Origin: the human T2T-CHM13v2.0 reference genome, Homo sapiens
Assembly (NCBI RefSeq): GCF_009914755.1
Contig: NC_060926.1
DNA length: 64,000 nt
Strand: one strand, 5' to 3'
A program made the translations under genes and the position numbers. Shown in pieces: positions 48,344 through 64,000 of this stretch. A model generated the notes under the pieces. The model was not told the DNA's origin. It did not search any database and saw nothing but the letters and a program-made list of their open reading frames with translations. Every line of letters begins with the position of its first letter. The stretch's first letter is position 1.

Positions 48344-50853
48344 GTAACCTTTCTCCCCCGTATGAAGACCTTTCATGGAGCACACCCAATCGATTTCAAA
48401 CCCAGTGGTACTTTTGCAGATGTGATTGGTGTATAGGTATGCGGCCTTGGAAAATTTTAAAAAGCTCTTTGTTCTGTGCATTTCTTGTATGTTGTGGAGT
48501 TCTCTGAAAGCGAGTTTTTAATACTCAAGAGGGCAGTCAGGAAGGAAAAATTGAATACTATGATGTGCCAAGAAGTAGGAGAAACTGGGAGCAAAAAAAT
48601 AAGGAAATTTATTTTGCGTGGTTTTGTGTAGCTGTATACACATTATTTGTTTAAACCACTGTTATATTCAGGCTAATATAATACGTAAACTTGGAGTTCA
48701 AGACAGTGTCCCCTGTGGCTTTTTTAACTAAGCTGCCAGTTAAATGGGTCTCTGCCGTGCTGATTATCATAACCAGTTTATAAGCTTCTAGATGAGGACT
48801 CTGCCTCCCATAGTGACTTGACTCCAATTTCTCAGAATAGTTGAAAAGAACCAGTTAAAGGTAGTTTTTGGCCCGCCCCCAAAAAAAACTTCAGGCAGCC
48901 ATTTAATTTCCTGTCCATTTGAAAATCCCTTTTAAGTGACCCAGTTTGCATTTCTTTTATCAAGAAGTCTTGCTGGCTGCAAAATAAATGTTGACAAGGG
49001 ATTATGTTGGCATAGGACTGAGTTACAGTGAGGATAAATGCATTTTTCTCAGGAAACAAAGTTGTCCTTTTTCTAAGGTGAATGGCTCTTAACAATCCAT
49101 TGTAAGTTCTTAAAAGTGTTCCTAAACTGTAGAAATCTGAGGGAGATAGCATAAATCCCAGCAGGTAAGAATGTATTCAGACCCACTTGTCTGGTCTAGT
49201 TGTAAGCTTCTCTAGGGAAAGATTTGTCTCTTCTCTGTAGAAATTCTATGACTAGTAAAGTGATTCACTAATCACTGTTTTCCATAGCCAGAATCTGGCA
49301 GAATATAGCAGTTTAACACTTTGAAAACTTGAAATATCTTTAGCCTGGTATAATATGAGAGTAAACAGTTCATTGATATTTATGGACTCCTAAGTTTGGT
49401 ACTGTTTTATTCAGCAGACAGGTACGATAAGCATCTACCTTCCCACTCCCTACAACTGTAGTGTATGATACTGGGATGCTTAAATTAGAGGCTCACCAGT
49501 AGTCATGGACCAGATTTTTTTGTTTTTTTTAGAGTTTTCATTAGAACTGTATATCTTGCTACTTAGCAGAGAGTCAGAAGCATTAGTAGGATCTCCTGTT
49601 GTGAATTCCTGCTTGGTAAAGGTTTATGCTGGCCCTGTGTTGATTATTGAGTAGCAGATCATTTTGTTTTTGGAGAGGGTTTGTGTGTTTCACCTCCACA
49701 AAACACTTATTCCCCGGAGGGGGAATGGTGGTGCTCTGAGGTGCAAAGAGGGATTCTCAGGTGCCCAGAACCTCTCATTTGAGGAATGCATACCCCCACG
49801 GTGTTATTGAGGGCTGAAGTTAGATACGGTAACTGATTTCTTAATTGTATATTTCCTATATGGGTATGGGAATGGGCATGATCAAATGATGAAGAATGAT
49901 TGGCATAGTGTTTAAAACAATATTGACTTTGAGGATCTTCCCCCACTCTGTGCACGTGCACACACACACTCTTGCAGGCCAATCCCTCAGTAACAGGAGT
50001 TTTCAGTTGAGTATGAATATTTCTGCTTCCTTTTAGGAGTTAAATTTCAAGAAAATATCCTTAGACTGGTAAGCTTTTGGTATCTTAACTGCTAAAATCT
50101 GAATATTTGACCATTAAGATATATTCCAACTCTTAAATGTCTATCTTGAAAATTAAGATTAACATGACCTTTTTTTTTAATTTCAAAAAATTGCTTTTAA
50201 ACATTTTCTATTCTCTGAATGTTTGTTCCAAGCATGTTGGGGATAGGTGGGAACAGACAGAATGGAGGTGAGGTACTTCTATTTAGGACTGGCATCGCAC
50301 AGAAGGAATATGCTTCAGTGCTCCTGTTGAGTATTTTTAAATTCTAGTCAAAGAAAATAGGGCTTTTGGCATTCTCATTAGTTAGAAATATATTTAGGAT
50401 GTCTTCCCTTTTCTTTAGACAAAACCAGAATATCCAATATGTAAAAGTGAACTATTCTGGTGAAGATGGGGGGTTTTGTGAAGACCTTTCCTGTCCCACA
50501 TGACTAGACGATGAGGCATTCACATTATTTCCAGGTGAAGTTTTACTTGTGTGTTAGGTGGATCTCTACAATGATGAGACCTTTCTTGTTTTACCTTCTT
50601 CCTAGACTCTCTGGAACTTTTGATTTTTTTTTAACCATGAACCTGTATTTCACAATAAACTATTGGTATAGTAGTGTCATTCATACCCTACCCCATCCCC
50701 AACAACTTTGCGTAGAGAATACCTCAGATTTGTTTACCTCAGGGAATACTTAATTGGGCTATGCTATACAGGATAATAAATACACAGGCTGCTACTTCAG
50801 ACTAGTCAATTACAATTTGATTTATGGATAATCATATTACGAAATATCTTTGA

Positions 50854-52310
<1,457 letters not shown>

Positions 52311-53306
52311 TCCTCCCATTCTTTCGGTGTTTGACTTGGGTGTTCTCCTATAGAATTAATACATACTAGGTATGGTAGAATTCTTATTTTTAGTCACTGG
52401 CCTTACTGTTCCTTAAACATTTCAAGTTTTTGCCTTAGGGCCTTTGCATTTGCTGATATCTCTGTCTGGAACATTCAGCGCCCAAATAATCAGGTGGTTT
52501 GCCCCTTCTGTACCCATAGTTAATGTACACAGCTTGCTAGCTTACTACATTTATGTCATGCTTATTCCTTGACCCTCCCCACCCAAATGGTGCCCCCCCT
52601 TCCATCACTCTCCTCTTACCCTTCTTTATTTCTCTTCACAGCATTTGTCAGTACTTTACATTATTCCATACTAGAAGGTGAGTGTCAGTTCTATTAGAAC
52701 AGGAACTTGGTCTTATTCCCTCCTATATTTCGGTGCCCAGAATAGCACTTGGCACACAGTCTTTTGAGTGAGTGGATGACCTTGTGCACAATCAGTTATT
52801 ATCATTGAACTTCGGTAAAGCATTAATTGTGGCATCTTTGTCAGATGTTTAGATAAGATGGTTGGCGTACGCATAGTCTGCATGTTGTATTTTTAGTCTT
52901 TGAAGATATGAAGTCAGGTAAGCAACATCCTAACATAGTCTATTTCTTGACATCTCTTACAAACGTAGAGTATAGCCTATCCTCAGGTGTGTGCTGAAGT
53001 TTATATTAGGGCTTTTGGGTACCTTAGAATGTGGGTATTGCAATCTTTATTCAGGATGTTATCAGTCACTGGTACAGTTAGTCTTGTTATTAAAAGAAAA
53101 AAGAAAAAAAAACAGGTAGAAGTTGGAATTAGCCTTCGTAGGAAGAATTCCAGATGCAAATGCAGGAAAAACTCTGTTGTCCTTGGAAACTACTCTGGAG
53201 AGAGTTATTGGCACTATAATTCCCAAACCTACCCTGTTAAAAGATTCTGTGGAAATGGGTTAACCTTTATACCTTTTAAGATATTGATCTTAATGATGTT
53301 TTACAG

Positions 53307-53403
53307 GCAGATCCAGTTCCTAATGGTTTGCGAGCTTTGCCAGTTTTCTATGCCTGCACAGTTGGAATAAACCTCTTTTCCATCATGTATACTGGAGCAC
53401 CGT
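53307..53403 (+). CDS. SLC20A1: SLC20A1 exon 5 (97 nt)
   Basis: ttacag|GCA; [32 protein letters not shown]; T|GTAAGT. Confidence 0.97.
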
Positions 53404-54388
53404 GTAAGTACCTATCAAAATATTTAAATGTGAATTTAAAGTTGTTTACAAAACTTGCATTAAATGCCCAATTTACCCCTTTTTGCTTTACAGGGCTGAA
53501 ATCTCCTAGAAGGTGGCTGGCCTGCGCCCATTTCAGAAGGCTGCAGGCTAGTGTACGCTGAGTTAACCTAGATAGTTTTTCAACCAAAGAGACCTGCTCA
53601 GATTCTAAATCACTACAGACCTTTCCTCTTTAGTCTTCACAGGATCCACTGATAATATGATCATCTCCTTCCCTTTCTCCTGTCTATGCTAAAAATGCTG
53701 GAATTAATACTGACCTCAACTACTGAAGTCATTAGTTATATCTGATCTTCAGTAATCAGTCATTTAGGACTGGTTTGCTGGATATTCTCATTTTTCTCTC
53801 CCAAATGGAGATACTATTGTTTCTAAGTACTAAACTTCCATGAATCTGCTTGAATGAGAAGAGTTGGGATGTTTACCACCTGCTCTAAGTGCACTTGGAA
53901 GAAGAAATTCATGCAGCTAAGAGGAAAAATAATTTGTGAGAATATAAAGGTTGAAATGTTGATGACTTTCATGTTTGGGACTAAGGCAAGGCATGGATTA
54001 AATTATGGCGCTACAAGTTTAATTTAGCAACAACAAAAGATTGGTAACTTGTAACTGGCAGGACAGTACAGTTTTGGTATCTAGACTCATTTGGCCTGAT
54101 GGTCTGTGACTACATAGGCAGTGACTTTTATTCTTTATACTGTGACCCACTGGATGAAATACAGGACACACATGTATGTATGTAGAGAGAAAGATAACTG
54201 GAATAGTGTCATGAAGCCACTTAATGCTTACTATGTGCTATGCACCCATATTTTCAAATTCTCTCTTTTTTTTTTTTTAACATTTGTTGTGGCCCACTGA
54301 AATGATTTCAGTTTTGAGTAATGGGTTGTGACTTGCTCTTAAACCTCACTGAAGTAGTAAGTTGCTGACCCAAAGTAGAGTTAGCTAA

Positions 54389-57093
<2,705 letters not shown>

Positions 57094-57716
57094 TGAAAGA
57101 CAAAGCTTTTACAACTATTCTTAAATTATCAACTTTTGATAGATAATATCCTTGTTTTCTGTATCTTGCTTTGATACTGCTTTCAAGGAGATAATCTCAT
57201 TAAAGCATTTTACTAAAGGCCAGTATAGTGAATGTAATCACTTTTACACAGAATTGTGTCAGCATGACAAATGTGACTACTGAGACATCATTCTGTTAAC
57301 ATTAAAATAAGTTTGTAGGTGGTAATGGAATATGTGGCAGTTAACGATCATGAGCTAGGAGAGTGGAACACTTGCTGTCTTTTTCATAGCTAGTCATAGG
57401 TCCTTAGCGTGTAGTGATCTTTATTATCTTCCAAGGTGAAGAAAGGAAAAGGCTCGTATGTTGAGAAGCATAGGAACTTGAGTCCCGCAGGTGTTCAAGT
57501 GGGCTAGGCTGGTGTGGGTTTTCAGATGATCATTGAGTTTTTCTCCCAAATTTGTATAGGCACTAGCACAGTAATCCTGTGCACTTAAATCTGGCAGCAG
57601 CTGTCAGGGGTGATGGGCTGGTATGGGGAACCCCTCAGTCCCCAGAGGAGGGTTTACACAATATTGCAGGGGGCTGTTGCCCTGGGGTTTTCAAGATGCA
57701 CCATTTTATCTCCTAG

Positions 57717-57836
57717 TGCTGGGCTTTGACAAACTTCCTCTGTGGGGTACCATCCTCATCTCGGTGGGATGTGCAGTTTTCTGTGCCCTTATCGTCTGGT
57801 TCTTTGTATGTCCCAGGATGAAGAGAAAAATTGAAC
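57717..57836 (+). CDS. SLC20A1: SLC20A1 exon 6 (120 nt)
   Basis: tcctag|TG; LGFDKLPLWGTILISVGCAVFCALIVWFFVCPRMKRKIE; C|GTAAGT. Confidence 0.97.
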
Positions 57837-57981
57837 GTAAGTAATAACTAAACAGCAGAAAAGTTTAACTACTAATGTTGTGTTTATTTTTTATTTGGCC
57901 ACCTGTAAAAATCTATTAGAAGAGATTGGCAAAATAAGAGATTTTAAAGGGAAATTTGAGGATATGGGTTTGTTGTCCAAA

Positions 57982-58051
57982 CTGTTTTTAGAAATGGACT
58001 TACGTGACCTAAGACCTGTTCTTAAAAATGGACTTACATGACCTAAGACCT
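57982..58051. repeat. 34-bp tandem duplication (2 copies, 3 mismatches)
   Basis: ctgtt(t/c)tta(g/a)aaatggacttac(g/a)tgacctaagac x2. Confidence 0.9.
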
Positions 58052-59419
58052 AGTGATAAAGAGTATTCAACCTATGCTGTAGAGACAATCTGGGGCATTG
58101 AATTTTTTTATGTTCCTTGATCAGTTGCCAGTGACATGATAGATAAATAGAGAAATCATAGCCTACATTTACTGAGAAGTACAAGGATACCTTAATGAAA
58201 AATAAGGGGTAGATACAAGATATTTTCGTAGAGGAAATATTTACCCCAACTGCTTCTGTGTATAACTTCAGATTCAGACAAGCAAAGCTAAGTCTAATGT
58301 GTACATGTTGTATATAGGCTAGAATACATGTAGACATTGTATTGCAGTATACAATGCAAATACATATACAAACACACATTGTGTGTCTGCTAGAATTGTA
58401 GCACAGATTCTAGAAGTAAACATTTTCAAGTGTCAAGGAATCATTTAGGCCATTACCACACACTCATGTAATTAAATACTGAGTAAATTTTGGTTAGTAT
58501 CGGACTTTTTTTTCCTTAAAATAATCATTTTCTGCCCTTTTCATCGATGTGAAGGCTGGGTTAGCAATTTGAAGTTTATCGTTTCGAAGCTGAGGGATGC
58601 ATAGACTGCAGTGGTGTTAGGAAGAACGCTGCGTCACCGCAGCTGAACCGAAGAGCCTCCGAGAGGTTCTGTGCTAGTCTGGCTGTGCCGAGTGCACGGT
58701 GGGAACCAGGCTTTCAGGACTCTCTGGCCTCATTTTCCCTCTCTGGGAGGAGTTGAGACAAGTCTTGCTTTATGTTAGTCAGTCTGTAGTTTGACTGAGG
58801 TGCCTGGATGGATAGGTCAGCATACTGAGCACTGGCATGAGAGAGGCAGAAGATACTCTGGTCTGCCTGTGGGATTTACAGCCATGATGCACATCTCTTT
58901 GTTTTATAGAGGTGGAAATTAAAGTTGTCGTCTTTAGTTCCCTGCATTGAGCTGTGCCACTTTGCTTGAATTGTTGGACTGAAATTTGAGAGAATCCTCT
59001 TTTGAAAAGAATAGAATTGGGTACAGTTCAGATTTTTAGTTTCAGCTTATCAGCCCCATGGTTGAGCTACTTTCCCCTACAGAATGAGTCAGCAGGGAGC
59101 TAAGAAGGGTTCTTATATCTGTAAAGGGTTGTAAAAATAAAAACAAAACAACAATGTGCTACAGAAGCCCGTAAAACCTAAAATATTTACAGAAAAATTT
59201 TGGGACCCCTGACATAGGGTGTTCTGCATTGCTGGTTGTTCCCAAGTGAGAGTTGCTGGCAAATGATAAAGCAGGCAGGAAAAATGTTCCTGAATGTTAA
59301 TTGAAGTTCACATACATTCTTGTTTTGAGATGAGTTTTTTGGGGGTGGAGGAAAGGAGACGTGGAACAAAGTAGTATGGCCACAACCAAACCAAAAAAGA
59401 CCCCCCTTTTTTTTCCTAG

Positions 59420-59689
59420 GAGAAATAAAGTGTAGTCCTTCTGAAAGCCCCTTAATGGAAAAAAAGAATAGCTTGAAAGAAGACCATGAAGAAACAAAGT
59501 TGTCTGTTGGTGATATTGAAAACAAGCATCCTGTTTCTGAGGTAGGGCCTGCCACTGTGCCCCTCCAGGCTGTGGTGGAGGAGAGAACAGTCTCATTCAA
59601 ACTTGGAGATTTGGAGGAAGCTCCAGAGAGAGAGAGGCTTCCCAGCGTGGACTTGAAAGAGGAAACCAGCATAGATAGCACCGTGAATG
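59420..59689 (+). CDS. SLC20A1: SLC20A1 exon 7 (270 nt), large cytoplasmic loop
   Basis: ttcctag|GA; EIKCSPSESPLMEKK...SIDSTVN; G|GTGAGT. Confidence 0.97.
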
Positions 59690-59798
59690 GTGAGTTGGAA
59701 TTCCTGGTTTCACTTTTGTTACCTGCAGTGGTGAGGAGGCTTATTGTTTTGGATTTGATGCTTTTTGTATTGAATGTCACCTTGGTGATCTTGACTAG

Positions 59799-60357
59799 GT
59801 GCAGTGCAGTTGCCTAATGGGAACCTTGTCCAGTTCAGTCAAGCCGTCAGCAACCAAATAAACTCCAGTGGCCACTACCAGTATCACACCGTGCATAAGG
59901 ATTCCGGCCTGTACAAAGAGCTACTCCATAAATTACATCTTGCCAAGGTGGGAGATTGCATGGGAGACTCCGGTGACAAACCCTTAAGGCGCAATAATAG
60001 CTATACTTCCTATACCATGGCAATATGTGGCATGCCTCTGGATTCATTCCGTGCCAAAGAAGGTGAACAGAAGGGCGAAGAAATGGAGAAGCTGACATGG
60101 CCTAATGCAGACTCCAAGAAGCGAATTCGAATGGACAGTTACACCAGTTACTGCAATGCTGTGTCTGACCTTCACTCAGCATCTGAGATAGACATGAGTG
60201 TCAAGGCAGAGATGGGTCTAGGTGACAGAAAAGGAAGTAATGGCTCTCTAGAAGAATGGTATGACCAGGATAAGCCTGAAGTCTCTCTCCTCTTCCAGTT
60301 CCTGCAGATCCTTACAGCCTGCTTTGGGTCATTCGCCCATGGTGGCAATGACGTAAG
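59799..60357 (+). CDS. SLC20A1: SLC20A1 exon 8 (559 nt)
   Basis: gactag|GT; AVQLPNGN...FLQILTACFGSFAHGGNDV; AG|GTCAGT. Confidence 0.97.
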
Positions 60358-60981
60358 GTCAGTTGACATTGATCTTAGTGTTGCTAACCCTATTTTTAAA
60401 CCATTTATCCTTGTCACAGGCCTGTGCTTGTGGTAGTGGTACTCCTAGCATTTACAGGACCCCAAATAATACAAATAGGATGAGGTAATAGCAGTTATTG
60501 ACATAATAAGACAGTACAGTTTTATTCTTCAGAGGAATTACAAAGAATGTTTATTTTTGTAGATGATAAATATAAACAGATACACTTCACAGAGAAGGCT
60601 TTTGTCCATCAAGATGAGATTCAGTTCTTTGGTAGTGAATTGTGGGATGTAAGATGTAAGATGAAAAACTTAAAAGTTTTTCATATAGAATGATTTTGTA
60701 GTTTGGTTTGTAAACTGTTTATTGGAACCTGAGAATTGCTTTAAGCTGCCTATAGGAGGAAAGAGGCCACCATTTGCCTGGCATTCCCTCCATCAGAGCT
60801 GTGTTCATTTTTCTGTTGTGTATGTTGGGGTTCCATTTATGTCTTTAGAAAGAAAGGCCCTTTTGCCAGATGAGCTTGAAAGCTGTACTTTAGACAACCT
60901 GGTAGATCATTCAGCAGATTGGGTCTTGCCAAGATCTAGTTCTGCCTGAAAAGTCACTTCTGCCCTCTTTGTTTCTTCCAG

Positions 60982-61167
60982 CAATGCCATTGGGCCTCTG
61001 GTTGCTTTATATTTGGTTTATGACACAGGAGATGTTTCTTCAAAAGTGGCAACACCAATATGGCTTCTACTCTATGGTGGTGTTGGTATCTGTGTTGGTC
61101 TGTGGGTTTGGGGAAGAAGAGTTATCCAGACCATGGGGAAGGATCTGACACCGATCACACCCTCTAG
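60982..61167 (+). CDS. SLC20A1: SLC20A1 exon 9 (186 nt), includes GALV-receptor region A (DTGDVSSKV, 61022-61048)
   Basis: ttccag|C; [25 protein letters not shown]...[10 protein letters not shown]; AG|GTAAGT. Confidence 0.97.
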
Positions 61168-61720
61168 GTAAGTAGGTGGAGCAGGTTCTACAAATGTCAG
61201 TACTCATTTTTTTCAGAGATATAACACTGTCGAGTGCTAACACAAATCTCTAAAGTAACCAAGTTTGTATAAGTTCATGATGTTCTTATTGTCAGTGTGT
61301 TCTTTTTAGATTTTACTTGTCTGGCCCTTAAACATTTTGGTCAGACATTTTACCCATTTAGCTCTGGTGGTCTCTGAAGAAAATGACTTTTCTGAGAAAG
61401 CTGTGTATGCTAAGAGCGGATAGTTATGTATACTTGCCTTTTATTTGTCTTTACTTGGGAGCTAAGACTCAATGTTTACCAAACTCTTCAAAATAAAAGT
61501 GCAAATTTTATTTAATAGTGGGATTCCAGAAAAACGTAAAACTGGAAGCCTTTGAATAAGGAAACTGGGCATCTGTGGCCTGATTTAAATAAAGTAGATC
61601 TTAGGGGTTATAGCAAATAAAGATGTCAGTGGAGGTTTTGTGACTGAGTAGAACAAAGCAGGACTGTGTTAACTTGAGGTGTAGTGTTAGCTTCTCAAAA
61701 AAGTCAAACTCACTTCCTGA

Positions 61721-61906
<186 letters not shown>

Positions 61907-62149
61907 TGATTTAGAAAGTTTTGTGCAGTTGGAGTCTTGAAGAGTTCATAAGTTATTTCTTGTGTTTATTCTTATTTAAGCAATTAAATAGATATTCTCC
62001 CCAAATAATAGAAACATTGTTTTATATACAGCTTACTGTAGTTTCTGGCTACTAACCTCTTCCTTTGTTACTTTATCCTCCCTCATTGTAGTCTCTTTAT
62101 AATAATTTTTTTTTTAATCTCAAGAGTCATTTCTACTTGGCACCATTAT

Positions 62150-63286
<1,137 letters not shown>

Positions 63287-63466
63287 TTATGATTGGATTT
63301 TCAAATTGCCTTCATTTTCCCAGCTTAACCTGTTGTAAACCAGCTTTCTTGGACTTTGTCTTGTCCAGGGGTCTGGGGCTCCTTGTCCAAACAGTCTCAG
63401 GTGTCTGTTTGCCAGAATACCACTGGCACTTCAATAACCTGTTTCCTTGGTCTGCTTCTCTTCTAG

Positions 63467-63628
63467 GTGGGCTCTGTTGTGTCTGTTGGCTGGCTCCGGT
63501 CCAAGAAGGCTGTTGACTGGCGTCTCTTTCGTAACATTTTTATGGCCTGGTTTGTCACAGTCCCCATTTCTGGAGTTATCAGTGCTGCCATCATGGCAAT
63601 CTTCAGATATGTCATCCTCAGAATGTGA
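63467..63628 (+). CDS. SLC20A1: SLC20A1 exon 11 coding part (162 nt, stop TGA)
   Basis: ttctag|GTG; [25 protein letters not shown]...YVILRM*. Exon lengths sum to 2040 nt = 679 aa plus stop. Confidence 0.97.
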   Translation: MGSVVSVGWLRSKKAVDWRLFRNIFMAWFVTVPISGVISAAIMAIFRYVILRM

Positions 63629-64000
63629 AGCTGTTTGAGATTAAAATTTGTGTCAATGTTTGGGACCATCTTAGGTATTCCTGCTCCCCTGAAGAATGAT
63701 TACAGTGTTAACAGAAGACTGACAAGAGTCTTTTTATTTGGGAGCCAGAGGAGGGAAGTGTTACTTGTGCTATAACTGCTTTTGTGCTAAATATGAATTG
63801 TCTCAAAATTAGCTGTGTAAAATAGCCCGGGTTCCACTGGCTCCTGCTGAGGTCCCCTTTCCTTCTGGGCTGTGAATTCCTGTACATATTTCTCTACTTT
63901 TTGTATCAGGCTTCAATTCCATTATGTTTTAATGTTGTCTCTGAAGATGACTTGTGATTTTTTTTTCTTTTTTTTAAACCATGAAGAGCCGTTTGACAGA
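63629..64000 (+). other. SLC20A1: SLC20A1 3'UTR (continues beyond window)
   Basis: Follows the stop codon; no AATAAA seen within the window. Confidence 0.9.

Noticed and set aside
59187-59780. 197-aa minus-strand ORF
   Set aside because: Antisense shadow of SLC20A1 exon 7; no independent homology or splice/promoter support

Overview
Human (primate) genomic DNA, rich in Alu, L1 and LTR repeats. The right third holds nearly all of SLC20A1 (PiT1/GLVR1, type III Na+/phosphate cotransporter) on the + strand. This comprises a CpG-island/TATA promoter (~45.9-47.2 kb), non-coding exon 1 and ten coding exons. I spliced the exons by hand at GT-AG sites to a 2040-nt CDS (679 aa plus stop). The 3'UTR runs off the window end. 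The left ~45 kb is intergenic. It contains three decayed class III (ERVL-like) gag/pro/pol fragments and a solo LTR8-like LTR split by a full-length L1PA that carries two Alus, with all target-site duplications (TSDs) readable. It also has an RPS20 processed pseudogene inserted into ERVL pol, and there are more than 40 Alus across the window. I found no convincing new protein-coding system; almost all other ORF-track entries are Alu, L1, ERV or GC-rich artefacts. The best leads for undescribed biology are regulatory. One is a three-uORF leader on SLC20A1, with a perfect-Kozak 25-aa uORF followed by a 158-nt ATG-free AU-rich spacer. The others are several cryptic splice sites that would put premature stops into the mRNA. 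Repeat subfamily names are from memory of consensus sequences, and repeat boundaries are approximate unless a TSD is given.
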